64,000 nt of DNA from Kineococcus xinjiangensis. GTDB lineage: Bacteria; Actinomycetota; Actinomycetes; Actinomycetales; Kineococcaceae. The notes beneath the pieces were generated by a model. That model saw only the letters and a list, made by a program, of their open reading frames with translations. It searched no databases and was not told where the DNA came from. The translations under genes and the position numbers were made by a program. How positions within the stretch are numbered: the first letter of the stretch is position 1; each line of letters starts with the position of its first letter. The stretch spans positions 445,041-509,040 of the forward strand of contig NZ_PTJD01000001.1 of the NCBI RefSeq assembly GCF_002934625.1, in the 5' to 3' direction. Below, piece after piece: positions 20,801 through 29,160 of the stretch.

Positions 20801-23800
20801 CCGCGACGGCGGCCAGGGCGCGGAAGGCCGCCGAGTCGGCCATGCCGGTGCCGGTCCAGGCGGCGAGGTTGAGCACCTGCATCGGTCGTCCGGCGTGCGC
20901 CTCGGCTGCCGCGAACGCGTCGAGGAACGAGTTCGCGGCGGCGTAGGCGCCGAGCCCACCGGCGTGACCCGGGAGGACGGAGGCGATCGAGGAGAGGGCG
21001 ACGAAGGCTCCCGGCCGGTTGCCGGCGAGGTCCAGCGCGCGGGCGAGCAGCAGGGTGCCCTGCACCTTCGGGGCGCAGACCGCCGCCACGGCCGGGACCG
21101 ACGTCGAGGCGAGCGTGCCCGGCTCCAGCAGCCCGGCGGCGTGGAGGACCCCGTCCAGCCTGGGCAGGGCGTCCACCAGGCCGGCCACGTCCACCGGCTG
21201 CGAGAGGTCCGCGCGGTGGTACCGGACCCGCGCACCCACCGCGGCGAGCTCCGCGACCAGGGCTCCCGGCGGGCGGGCGGTGCGCCCGACCAGGTGGAGG
21301 TCGGGGACGCCGCGGTCGGCGAGCGCCCGGGCCAGCGCAGCGCCGACACCGCCCGCACCGCCGGTGATCAGGTAGCACCCGTCCGCCGGCAGCGGGGGGC
21401 GGTCGGCCACGACCCCGGCGGCCAACGGCACCCTGGACAGCCGGCGCCCGCCGCGCCAGGCCACCGACTCGGCCGGGCCGGGCGCCGGCGGCGCGTCCAG
21501 CTCACGCACCAGCGCGTCGAGCCGGGCGGCGGTGTCGTCGAGGCTCGACAGGTCGACGAGCCGGAGCGGCTGCCGCCGGACTTCCTCGGGGAGCGCCAGC
21601 GCCAGACCGGCCAGGACCGCCTGACCGGGGCGGGCGCACTCGGTCGCCGCACCGGTCACGGCGACGTCCTCGGTGACGAGGAGCAGCGGGACGGGCCGCT
21701 CGGCCAGGAACCTCGCCAGCGGCAGGACGGTGCCCGCGGCGTCACGGGTCGAGGCGTCCAGGGCGTCGACGTCGTCGAGTTCCGCGCTCGGGCCGGCGAG
21801 CACGACCAGCACCGACACGTCCGGCAGCCCGGCCAGGTCCGGCAGTGCGCACGTGTGCACCGCGATGCCCCGCCTCGTGAGCCGTCGCGACAGAGCCGGG
21901 ACGAGGTCGGGGTGTGCGCCGACGAGGCCGACCGACGCCAGCACGGCACCGGCCGGCAGGGGGGTCTCGCGCCAGTCGAAACGGCGCAGCAGCGCCGACG
22001 GCGGGCGGTCCACCGAACCGTCCGTCTCGCCCCTGCCCACCGTGCCCGGCAGCCAGTGGGGCACCCGCTGGAACGGGTAGGTCGGCACCGGCACGCGCGG
22101 CCGAGGCGGATCCTCGGGTGGCGGGTGGATCGGTGCGCCGCGCTCCCACAGCCGGCCGACTGTGCCGAGGAAGGCCGCCGCGTCGTCGTCGCCGTCGGAG
22201 GCGGAGCCGAGGGCGGACAGGACCGCGACGTCCGAGGACGGCTGCAGGGCGCGCACCGCGGCGGCGACGAGGCCGCACAGCGCGGCGCCCGGCCCGACGG
22301 TGACGAGCGTGTCGTACCCCTCGGACAGCAACCGCTCGAGGACGGGGTGGAACAGCACCGGGCTGCGTGCGTGGTCGAGGAGGTACGCGGCGTCCAGTCG
22401 CGGGTTCCACTGCACGCTCACCGTGCTGAGCAGCGGCGTGCGCCACGCCCCCGGCGCGAGCCGGGCCGCGGCCGACCGCAGCCCGTCCAGCGCCGGATCC
22501 ACGCCCGGGGAGTGGAAGGCCCGCGAGACCGCCAGCCGCCGCCCCGGCAGGCCCCGCCGGGACAGCGCGGCCAGCACCGCGTCCACCGCGCTCCCGGGGC
22601 CCGAGACCACCACCTGGGACGGCCCGTTGACGGCGGCCACCACGGCCTCGTCGCCGGCCGCCGCCAGCACCTCCCGGACCTCTTCGGTGGAGGCGTCCAC
22701 CGCGGCCATCGCACCTGCGGCGCAGCGCTCCTGCATCAGCCGCCCGCGCTCGGCGGCGAAGCGCACCGCCTCGCGCGGGTCCAGCGCGCCGGCCACGGCG
22801 GCCGCGGCCAGCTCGCCGACGCTGTGCCCGGCCACCGCGTCGGGGCGCACCCCCCACGCCCGCAGCTGCGCGGCGAGCGCGATCCCGTGCGCCACCAGCA
22901 GCGGCTGGGCGACGTCCGTTCTCGCGAGCTCCCCCGGCTCGACGTCGTCGAGCGACCAGGCGAGCAGGCTGCGACCGCGGACCTCCCCCGCGGCCCCGGA
23001 CAGCTCCTCCACCACCTGCCGGTAGACCGGCTGCGACCGCAGCGCCCGGCCGAGCCCCGGCACCTGGGTGCCTTGGCCGGAGAACAGCAGTGCGGTCCTC
23101 GGGCGGCGCCGCGCGACGGCACCGGTCGTAGCGGCGCCCTCCAGCCGGTCGGCGAGGTCACCATCGACGGTCAGCGCCAGGCGGTGCGGGCGGTGGTCGC
23201 GGGCCGTGCTCGCACTGCGGACGAGGTCCGCTTCGTGCAGGTGGGGGTGCGCCCGGACGTGGGCGGCGAGTTCACGGGCTGCCGCCCGCAGCGCCGCTCC
23301 GGTCGCCGCGGAGAGGGTCAGCAGGTGCGGCCCGGGCGGCGGGGGCGACGACGGCCCGGGCCGGGGCGCCTCCTCCAGGATGACGTGCGCGTTCGTGCCG
23401 CCGAACCCGAACCCGTTGACGCCGGCCCGCAGCGGCAGTCCACCGGTCCACTCCCGGGGTTCGCGGACCACCTCGAGGCCCGCGGCGGCGAGGTCGAACG
23501 CGGCGGACGGTTCCTCGTGGTGCAGGGTCGGCGGCAGCGCGCGGTGGCTCAGGCTGAGGACCACCTTGACCAGGCTGGGCATCCCCGCGGAGTTGAGCAG
23601 GTGCCCGACGTTGGTCTTGACCGACCCCAGCCACCGCCGTCCGACGGCCGGGGCGGGGAACGTGCGCATCAGCGACCGCGCCTCGATCGGGTCCCCGATC
23701 GCGGTGCCCGTCCCGTGCGCCTCCACGTAGCTCACGGTCGCCGGGTCGATGCCGGCGTCGCGGTACGCCCGGGCGATCACGGCCTCCTGCAGTTGCGGGT

Positions 23801-26615
23801 TGGGCGCCATCAGGCTCAGCGAGCGCCCGTCGTTGTTCACGGTGCTGCCGCGAACCACGGCCAGCACCGGGTCCCCGGCCGCCCGCGCCACCGACAGCGG
23901 TTCGAGGACGAGGGCAGCCGCTCCCTCGCCGGGGACGAACCCGTCCGCGGCGGAGCTGAAGGCGCGGCAGCGGCCCGTCGGGGACAGCGCCTGCGCCGCC
24001 TCCAGCAGCCGGTGGCCGGTGGGGGTCAGGTTCAGACTGACCCCGCCCACGACGGCGGCGTCGCACTCGCCCGCCTCGAGGCTGCGCCGGGCCAGGTGCA
24101 GCGCGACCAGCGCGGAGGAGCAGGCGGTGTCGACGGCCAGCACCGGGCCGGAGAGGTCGAGGTGGTGCGCCACCCGCGCCGCGATGAGGTTGCGCAGGTT
24201 GCCCACCAGGGCCGAGGGGGGCACCGGCGCGCCGCTGTCCAGGGCCCGCTGCAGCAGGGTCGGGTAGCCGCTCTCGCCGACGGCGACGAAGACCCCGATG
24301 CGCCGGCCGCGTCGGCGCTCCCCCGCGTAGCCGGCGCGCTCCAGGGCCTCGTGGGCCACCTCGAGGAAGATGCGGGCGTGGGGGTCCGTGACGCCGGCCT
24401 CCGCGGCGTCGAGCCCGAAGAACCCCGCGTCGAAACCGGCGACATCGTCGAGGAACGCGCCCCACCGGGCCGTGGCCCCAGGGTTTGGCCGCCACCGGGC
24501 GGACGGCACCTCGGTGACGCTGTCGCGTCCCGCGCACAGGTTGCGCCAGAACGCCTCCGGGGTGTCGGCGTCGGGGAGGCGACAGGCCATCCCGACGACC
24601 GCTGCGGGATCCGCCGGCGGCGGCGCCTCGACCTCGCGGGGCGCGGGCTCCGCTCTCCGAGGCGCCGCCTCGGGAACACCCGCCAGTTCCTCGGCCAGCG
24701 CCGCGACGGTGGCGCAGTTCCGCAGCAGGGACTGCGGCAGCGGCCCGCCGAACTCGGTCTCCAGTTCGGCGAGCACGTGCAGCGCGGCCAGGGACGAACC
24801 ACCGACGGCCAGGAACCGGTCGTCGCGGGAGATCGACGAGGCCGGCACGCCGAGCACCTCCGCCCAGATCCGGGTGATGCGCTCCTCGATGCCGGAACGG
24901 GTCGACGGCGGCGCGGAGGCGGTTCCCCCCGCGCTCATCCGGGCGGCGACCTCCGCCTCCAGCGCGGCGAACCGCCCAGCGGTCAGCCGCTCCCGCAGCA
25001 CCGAGCGTTGGACCTTGCCGCTCGTGGTGCGGGGGAAGTCCTCCGGGGGGATCGGCAGCACGCAGACGTCACCGTGGCCCAGGGCCTCGCGGACGCGCGC
25101 CCGCACGGCGGCCAGCACCGGGACCAGGCCGTCGTCCAGCGGCTGGCGCGACGTCACGAACACGGCGACCCGCTCGGTGCCGCCTGCGGGATCGGTGCGG
25201 CCGACGACGGCGACCCGCCCGGGCGGTGCGCCGGGAGTGGCGAGCGCCACCTGCTCGAGGTCGCAGGCGTGGAACTTCTGGCCGGCGACGAACACCACGT
25301 CCTTGGCGCGGCCGGTCACGCACAGCCGGCCGCGGCGGAGGAAGCCCAGGTCGCCGGTGCGCAGCCAGCCGTCGGCGAAGGTCCGGGCGGTCTCCTCCGG
25401 CTGCCCGGAGTAGCCGCCGGCGACGTTCGGCCCGCGGAACTCGACGTGCCCGACCCGCGAGTCGGCCAGCACCTCCCCCTCGTCCCCGACGACGCGCAAC
25501 TCACCGCCCGGCACCGCGTAGCCGACGTCGAGGAGCTCCACGGGCGGCGGGCCGCCGGGTACCGGTTCGACGTCGACCGCGCGGCCGTCCGACAGTTCCC
25601 GCCGGTCCAGGACGAGCGGGCGGGCGACCTCGCCCAGCGGCGGGAACGCCACCGCCAGCGTCGCCTCCGCCAGCCCGTAGAGCGGGGCCAGCGCGCTCGG
25701 CCGGAGCCCGGAGGGACGCATGTGCTGGGAGAACGCGCGCCACATCGGCACCGGGATCGGCTCGGCACCGACGCCGACCAAGCGCACAGAGCGCAGGTCC
25801 AGCGCGGCGACCTCCTCCGCCGTCACGCGCCTGACCGTCAGCGCCAGCGCGAAGCTCGCCATCGGCAGCAGCGTGGCGCCGTGCCGGGCGGCGGCCTCGT
25901 ACCAGAGCGCCGGTCGTGCCCCGAAGTCCGCCGGGTCGAGCTTGACCTGCTTCAGCTGCAGCGACAGCGGGGTGAGGTGGGCGCCGATCAGGCCCATGTC
26001 GTGGGAGTACGGCAGCCAGCTGACCATCACGTCCGACTCCGTCACCGCACCGGCCGCGCGGGCCTGCCGGAGGTTGGCGACGACGTTGGCGTGGCTGAGC
26101 ACGACCCCCTTCGGGGCGCCGGTGCTGCCGGAGGAGAACTGCAGGAACGCGACGTCCGCGGCATCCGGCCGGTGCACCCGGGACAGCGGGTCGGCCAGCC
26201 GCAGTTCGTCCAGCGCGAGCATCCGGGGTCCGGACGGCGCACCGGCCCCCGGCAGGTGCCCCGGCGGGCGGGTGACGTCGGCGCCGGCCAGCAGCGGCGG
26301 CCGGCCCAGCTGCGCCCACACCGCCGCGACCTTCGCCGGCACCGGGGCCAGCGGCACGGGCACCAGCCCCGCGGCGAGCGCACCCCAGAAGCCGGTCAGG
26401 AAGTCGGTGCCGGCGCCCGCCAGCACGATCACGGGCGAGCCGGGTTCCGCGCCGGCGGTGCGCAGTCCCCCGGCGACGCGCAGGGACTCCTGCAGCAGTT
26501 CGTCGTAGCGCAGCACACGCTCATCGCCGTCCGCCGCGGTCCGGACGACCACCTGCTCGGGCGCGACCTCGGCGGCGTTGAGGAGGACGTCGAGGAGGGT
26601 GCCGTCGCGGCTCAC
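14802..26615 (-). CDS. hybrid PKS/NRPS megasynthase: FAAL-ACP-KS-AT-KR-ACP-C-A-PCP-C-(NAD(P)-binding Rossmann domain)
   Basis: One ORF of about 3,937 aa. Catalytic landmarks, as minus-strand nt positions, are: FAAL SSGSTGAPKG about 26120; ACP1 GGSSLAALH about 24795; KS DTACSS about 24125; AT GHSVGE about 22825 with the malonyl-type RAFHS motif; KR YLITGGAGGVG about 21360; ACP2 MGLDSLA about 20495; C1 HHAAADG about 19940; A-domain SGTTGRPKG about 18575 and GRTDEQVKVRGHRVE about 17300; PCP LGGDSIG about 17380; C2 HHLLGDG about 16825; terminal GLGSIG Rossmann motif about 15435. I place the start at GTG 26615, which overlaps the PPTase stop (GTGA). The in-frame ORF upstream to 26801 would run into the PPTase. 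Confidence 0.9.
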   Translation of the reverse strand: MSRDGTLLDVLLNAAEVAPEQVVVRTAADGDERVLRYDELLQESLRVAGGLRTAGAEPGSPVIVLAGAGTDFLTGFWGALAAGLVPVPLAPVPAKVAAVWAQLGRPPLLAGADVTRPPGHLPGAGAPSGPRMLALDELRLADPLSRVHRPDAADVAFLQFSSGSTGAPKGVVLSHANVVANLRQARAAGAVTESDVMVSWLPYSHDMGLIGAHLTPLSLQLKQVKLDPADFGARPALWYEAAARHGATLLPMASFALALTVRRVTAEEVAALDLRSVRLVGVGAEPIPVPMWRAFSQHMRPSGLRPSALAPLYGLAEATLAVAFPPLGEVARPLVLDRRELSDGRAVDVEPVPGGPPPVELLDVGYAVPGGELRVVGDEGEVLADSRVGHVEFRGPNVAGGYSGQPEETARTFADGWLRTGDLGFLRRGRLCVTGRAKDVVFVAGQKFHACDLEQVALATPGAPPGRVAVVGRTDPAGGTERVAVFVTSRQPLDDGLVPVLAAVRARVREALGHGDVCVLPIPPEDFPRTTSGKVQRSVLRERLTAGRFAALEAEVAARMSAGGTASAPPSTRSGIEERITRIWAEVLGVPASSISRDDRFLAVGGSSLAALHVLAELETEFGGPLPQSLLRNCATVAALAEELAGVPEAAPRRAEPAPREVEAPPPADPAAVVGMACRLPDADTPEAFWRNLCAGRDSVTEVPSARWRPNPGATARWGAFLDDVAGFDAGFFGLDAAEAGVTDPHARIFLEVAHEALERAGYAGERRRGRRIGVFVAVGESGYPTLLQRALDSGAPVPPSALVGNLRNLIAARVAHHLDLSGPVLAVDTACSSALVALHLARRSLEAGECDAAVVGGVSLNLTPTGHRLLEAAQALSPTGRCRAFSSAADGFVPGEGAAALVLEPLSVARAAGDPVLAVVRGSTVNNDGRSLSLMAPNPQLQEAVIARAYRDAGIDPATVSYVEAHGTGTAIGDPIEARSLMRTFPAPAVGRRWLGSVKTNVGHLLNSAGMPSLVKVVLSLSHRALPPTLHHEEPSAAFDLAAAGLEVVREPREWTGGLPLRAGVNGFGFGGTNAHVILEEAPRPGPSSPPPPGPHLLTLSAATGAALRAAARELAAHVRAHPHLHEADLVRSASTARDHRPHRLALTVDGDLADRLEGAATTGAVARRRPRTALLFSGQGTQVPGLGRALRSQPVYRQVVEELSGAAGEVRGRSLLAWSLDDVEPGELARTDVAQPLLVAHGIALAAQLRAWGVRPDAVAGHSVGELAAAAVAGALDPREAVRFAAERGRLMQERCAAGAMAAVDASTEEVREVLAAAGDEAVVAAVNGPSQVVVSGPGSAVDAVLAALSRRGLPGRRLAVSRAFHSPGVDPALDGLRSAAARLAPGAWRTPLLSTVSVQWNPRLDAAYLLDHARSPVLFHPVLERLLSEGYDTLVTVGPGAALCGLVAAAVRALQPSSDVAVLSALGSASDGDDDAAAFLGTVGRLWERGAPIHPPPEDPPRPRVPVPTYPFQRVPHWLPGTVGRGETDGSVDRPPSALLRRFDWRETPLPAGAVLASVGLVGAHPDLVPALSRRLTRRGIAVHTCALPDLAGLPDVSVLVVLAGPSAELDDVDALDASTRDAAGTVLPLARFLAERPVPLLLVTEDVAVTGAATECARPGQAVLAGLALALPEEVRRQPLRLVDLSSLDDTAARLDALVRELDAPPAPGPAESVAWRGGRRLSRVPLAAGVVADRPPLPADGCYLITGGAGGVGAALARALADRGVPDLHLVGRTARPPGALVAELAAVGARVRYHRADLSQPVDVAGLVDALPRLDGVLHAAGLLEPGTLASTSVPAVAAVCAPKVQGTLLLARALDLAGNRPGAFVALSSIASVLPGHAGGLGAYAAANSFLDAFAAAEAHAGRPMQVLNLAAWTGTGMADSAAFRALAAVADVPQVDPQAAAGAVLDAPSVDAAQLLVRGPEPVGPPLAPAPRRRLPPVPAPAPAEGPPLAPASADRTARAPRDVVAGLIAAELGRHPEDLDEEASLLTMGLDSLAAVDLVRRLERELGRELPTTLLFEHPSIAQLSAHLAGSQTVAPGPSPAPDAPRETGPFPLTPVQLAFHTSGLLHPDVPAYAYLRQTLTGGPDPALLARSLSLLQRRHPMLRLRIRTVDGRPRQEVEPPGGADWPEWFEVRSLTGSLHDAEDALCNRVLDLATGPPLRAVLLREDADRASLLLLLHHAAADGASLNLLCAELWRVYTALSQHRPVELPALPSTFRDHADLVATERRSGAFVADLDHWGERLRTPEPVAEPPCDGDPDEAPAPPLTARQFGIDAALTAALRTRAAALDVSLFHLVLAAFARTLAGRTGRQRVTVNVARAGRGTRLAGIGGVVGPFADTLPLSVGTDVPGTAALAPVVRAAWRDAEEHGSVSSLDLARLLPAAPGTAVAGFSFARFPAELPTDCPVRIVETAARTASAATGLSLLCWEFDGALRFSWNHPARLFTPATLERLSDDLLAELVGATRPDQEPAAPGPGAPEDSLALRIARQCRRAPEAVAVEHAGTSLSYGALDRAARRLSARLRVDGTGAGDRVALLTPPGPATVIGLLGILYSGAAWVPLDPTHPPARLRDLVDRAHATTVVCDSETRCAASLLAPLRVLEVDSGAVGDAPDAPPARPAADDIAYVTFTSGTTGRPKGVPITHRAVSTYLGWAVGAFGYRAGDRMLATASICFDASVRQLLAPLLVGATVVTASREAVRDPRVLLDLVEQGRVTVWSSVPTLWEQLLRTAERQVASGGGTPDLSALRWVHVGGEALSPVPVRRWFDLFGPAQRIVNLYGPTEATVNATCHVVDRRPDDAMNRIPIGFPVAGAVVDVVGPNGAGCAAGEPGELWVAGPGLTPGYLDDPEQTERAFPVRDGLRWYRTGDRVARRDDGALEFLGRTDEQVKVRGHRVEPGEAEAVLREHPAVERAAVVAQPAPDGRTTRLVGYVLLRGDGPDPTAEQLRAHLAERLPDYLVPARLAVVGELPLTATGKLDRARLPGTPAPAHPQSPHRTPPRTPTEQLVASVWQRLLGVAEVSREDDFFALGGDSIGVLEVFAQLEPHRPALPAPGALHRHRTLAGLAAAVDAAEAAPAPHRPRRSTTGPFPLSASQRGFLLAEALSPGARTSWLACFSLTGELDAGHFQTAVDRLVQRHPMLRTAIAADRRPPVQEEVDQPARIPVRFRSVDPGELAQRLAEERAHRLDASSWPLARLQVLRTGPGRHALVVHAHHLLGDGYSAVVLVQDLLSLYDEVADGRTRSLPPLRSTFRDHVELLRQEGGEAAEARAEAGPGYVPPVLRRPEAASAAPGRTAFTLDHELTVALRDCAAAAGATPFAPVLAAYHRALARLTGQADLLLGVAVAGRDHALPDVHRVVGPFATVVPVRLHGTAASFPAQVREVAAAVDRARGDGATIRQRVRRGTSAGSVSSFGGQFLFSYLDFEALGPIGGGRLSLAWDEGTDLEPPRVGTDLLLTARPGAAGLQVTLRCSAGVLPPADLENLAAQVRRELTDAARGGSATSAARPVIAQPSAPVTPATRSLDAALVGYLPAPEELAARAGLPVSDGLRESIRSALFPDGRPRLLEELTTPLGRSGFLCLPVFADELGPAAGAPLARHVARAVETAARLGAAAVSLAGMVPAHTGYGFEVVRALPPDAPRVTTGHAVTAASVVATTRLALAATGTRLDGCTLAVVGLGSIGWSSLRLLLTLGPGAPARLLLCDVPGRAAHLGRLAEESRARGHRAEVAVCGPDGRAPAAVHEADLVIAAVSGHRRVLDVDSLRAGAIVVDDSFPHCFDPRTATRRMAERGDVVVVGGGLLTAGPSTQTPADDPVLRPYARHLTGHRIPGTVPSCQLEALVHVVRPGLPPVHGLVDEALALAHWRALTDLGVEPAPLHLLRQPVQPRR

Positions 26616-27250
26616 GGGTCCCGCTCCCAGCACACGGTGAGGTGCACCCCGTCCGCCGGGTTCGAGGACCGGAACCCCCAGCGGGCCCCCTCCGCCCCGC
26701 CCAGGCGGGGTTCCGTTGCGCTGCAGTCCAGCGCGACGGTCCGCGGATCGCGCCCGAGGCCGGTCCCGGTCGCCTTCAGGTACGCCTCCTTGGCGGTCCA
26801 CAGCCTCAGGAAGCGCTCCTGCCGCCCCGCCGCGTCGGGCGCGTCCTCGAACCAGTCCAGCTCACCGGCCGACAGGCAGCGACGGGCGAGCGCCGGAGTG
26901 GTCGCCCGGGGGCCCTCGACGTCGACCCCGACCCGCCCGCCGGTGTGCGTGGCCACGGTGACCCAGCCGCCGCCGTGGGACAGGCTGACGTCGAGCGGCG
27001 GGTCGGCGACCGGACGGCCGGTGGGGGTGCGCCGCACCGACGCGCCGAGATCGGCGGCGAGTCGTCGGAGGAGGTGCCAGCCGAGCGCCGAGTCCTGCCG
27101 GTCCTCCCACCGCTGCAGCCGCGCCAGCCGGTGCTGCTCGGCGGACGGCAGGCCGGCGAGCAGCGCCGACCACGCGGGTGGCGCGAGCCGGGGACCGCGC
27201 GGCACCACGACGAGGTGCGCCGGCGGGGCGGGGGCGGCGTCGCTCTGCAT
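26612..27250 (-). CDS. Sfp-type 4'-phosphopantetheinyl transferase
   Basis: Motifs VGVDVEG and WTAKEAYLKATG are present, and the protein is about 212 aa. Its stop overlaps the megasynthase start, so the two are translationally coupled. Confidence 0.8.
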   Translation of the reverse strand: MQSDAAPAPPAHLVVVPRGPRLAPPAWSALLAGLPSAEQHRLARLQRWEDRQDSALGWHLLRRLAADLGASVRRTPTGRPVADPPLDVSLSHGGGWVTVATHTGGRVGVDVEGPRATTPALARRCLSAGELDWFEDAPDAAGRQERFLRLWTAKEAYLKATGTGLGRDPRTVALDCSATEPRLGGAEGARWGFRSSNPADGVHLTVCWERDP

Positions 27251-27434
27251 CGGCACCGATCCTGCCACTGTGCCCGCTCGGGGGGTGCTGCCCCGCGGCT
27301 GCGGTCCGCCTCCCGGCCTCGGACCGTCCGCCGCAGCGCTCGGGGCCTGACGCGCCCACGGCGGGGACGTTGCGCCGCGACGCACCCGCGTGTCGCAGGC
27401 GCAACGTCCCCGCCGAGGGGTCAGGCGGAGGGCC

Positions 27435-28853
27435 TCAGCGCAGGAACCACTGCCGCGGGGCGGCGAGCTCCTCGACGGCGTCCGGTCCCCAGGTGCCCTC
27501 GGCGTAGGGCAGCACCTCGGGCCGGGCCTGCTGGAACGGCTCGATGGCCTGCCAGGCGTTGCGCAGTCCCTCGACGCCGGTGAAGAGGGCGCGGTCGCCG
27601 GTGAGCACGTCGTGGATGAGCTTCACGTAGGGCGGGGCGTCGGTGCCGGGGAGCGAGGGCAGGGGCAGCGCGGCGGTGCCGGTGGTCAGCTCCTCCCCCA
27701 CCCCGAGCGCCTTGACGATCAGGGCGACCTCGATGCGGCCGCCCTCCAGCAGGGAGAAGCTGAGGGCGCTGGGCCGCTCCGGCAGCTCCGTCAGGGGCCC
27801 CTCGGGCCTGCGCAGCAGCAGTGTGATGCGCTGCTCGTCGGCGGCCATCTTCTTGCCGCTGCGCAGCAGGAACGGAACCCCGCGCCAGCGCTCGGAGTCC
27901 ACCCACAGCCGCACCGCCGCGAGGGTGTCGGTGCTGGAGTCGTCGGCGACGCCGTCGATGTCGCGGTAGCCCTCGAACTGGCCGAGGACGACCTCGGCGG
28001 GGTCGACGGCGCGGAAGTCCGCCAGGGCCGCGTCGCGGGCGGCGCGTACGGCGTCGGCGGACAGGTCGGCCGGGGTCTCCATCGCCACGGTCGCGGCGAG
28101 CTGGAACAGGTGGGTGACGATCATGTCGAGGAACGCGCCGGTGGCGTCGTAGAAGTCCGCGCGCTGGGCGACGTCGAGGGTCTCGGCGATGTCGATCTGC
28201 ACCTGCTCGACGTGCTCGCGGTTCCACACCGCCCCGAGCAGGGTGTTCGCGAAGCGGGCCCCGACGAGGTTGCGCACGGCCTCGAAGGCGAGGAAGTGGT
28301 CGATGCGGAAGACCTGGGACTCGTCGAAGACGCGCTGCACCTCGGCGTCGAGCTCCTCGAAGGAGGCCAGGTCGGTGCCGTAGGGCTTCTCGTAGACGAT
28401 GCGGCAGCCCTCGGCGAGGCCGTGGGCCTCGATGGCCCTGGTGATGCCGAGGGCCGCCCCCGGCGGCACGGCGAGGTAGTGGACGAGCTGCGCGTCGGCA
28501 CCGACGGCGTCGCGGGCCTCTGCGACGCGCGCGGGCAGCGAGCCGGCGTCGTCGGCGGAGAAACCGCCACCGGCGTAGGAGAGGCGGGCGGAGAAGTCCT
28601 CCCAGGGGCCCTCGCCCGGCTGGGGGCCGAACTCCTCCAGCGCCTCGCGCACGTGGTCGCGGAACCAGGCGGTGTCCTCGTCGCCGCGGGAGGTGCCGAC
28701 CAGGCGCCACTGCTCGGGCAGCAGGCCCTGGCGGGCCAGCTCGAAGAAGGCCGGCAGGACGAGGCGGCGGGCGAGGTCCCCGGTCGCGCCATACATCACG
28801 AACACGGTCGGCTGGGCCGGGGGTCGGGTCTCGCGCACGGGCTGGCTCACCAC
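27435..28853 (-). CDS. zwf: glucose-6-phosphate 1-dehydrogenase
   Basis: The dinucleotide fingerprint FVMYGATGDLARR, the active-site motif RIDHFLAFE (compare RIDHYLGKE) and EKPYGTD are present. The length is 472 aa. Confidence 0.9.
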   Translation of the reverse strand: MVSQPVRETRPPAQPTVFVMYGATGDLARRLVLPAFFELARQGLLPEQWRLVGTSRGDEDTAWFRDHVREALEEFGPQPGEGPWEDFSARLSYAGGGFSADDAGSLPARVAEARDAVGADAQLVHYLAVPPGAALGITRAIEAHGLAEGCRIVYEKPYGTDLASFEELDAEVQRVFDESQVFRIDHFLAFEAVRNLVGARFANTLLGAVWNREHVEQVQIDIAETLDVAQRADFYDATGAFLDMIVTHLFQLAATVAMETPADLSADAVRAARDAALADFRAVDPAEVVLGQFEGYRDIDGVADDSSTDTLAAVRLWVDSERWRGVPFLLRSGKKMAADEQRITLLLRRPEGPLTELPERPSALSFSLLEGGRIEVALIVKALGVGEELTTGTAALPLPSLPGTDAPPYVKLIHDVLTGDRALFTGVEGLRNAWQAIEPFQQARPEVLPYAEGTWGPDAVEELAAPRQWFLR

Positions 28854-29160
28854 TCACCTCGTCGGGTCGGCTTCCGGAAGTCTTCCAGGAGTGTTGCAGG
28901 CGGGGCCGTCGCGTCGAACGCTAGGCCGTCCCGGTGCGCCGCGCGCGAGCAGCCCGACGCCGCCGGCCGCCGGGGCGCTAGGGTTCCCGGCATGACCGCC
29001 GCCCGCGCCGCCGCCACCGCCCGCGGTGCGCTGCGCGGTGCGTGGTGGTGGGCGACCCCGTCGGCCGCCTGAGCCCCACCGCCAGGGAGGCCGCCGCGAG
29101 GTGGCGCTGCCCGGCCCCCCTCGCCGACCGGCTCCGCACCCCGAGCCCGACCGAGGAGAA

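Noticed and set aside
26616-26801. Upstream in-frame extension of the megasynthase ORF (start listed at 26801)
   Set aside because: It would overlap 190 nt of the PPTase gene. The GTG at 26615 gives a GTGA coupled start, and the FAAL domain begins immediately after it.
16422-27350. 3,642-aa ORF on the plus strand
   Set aside because: It is exactly antisense to the PKS/NRPS megasynthase. High GC suppresses stop codons in the shadow frame. Its translation is Arg/Gly/Pro-rich low complexity with no domain motifs.
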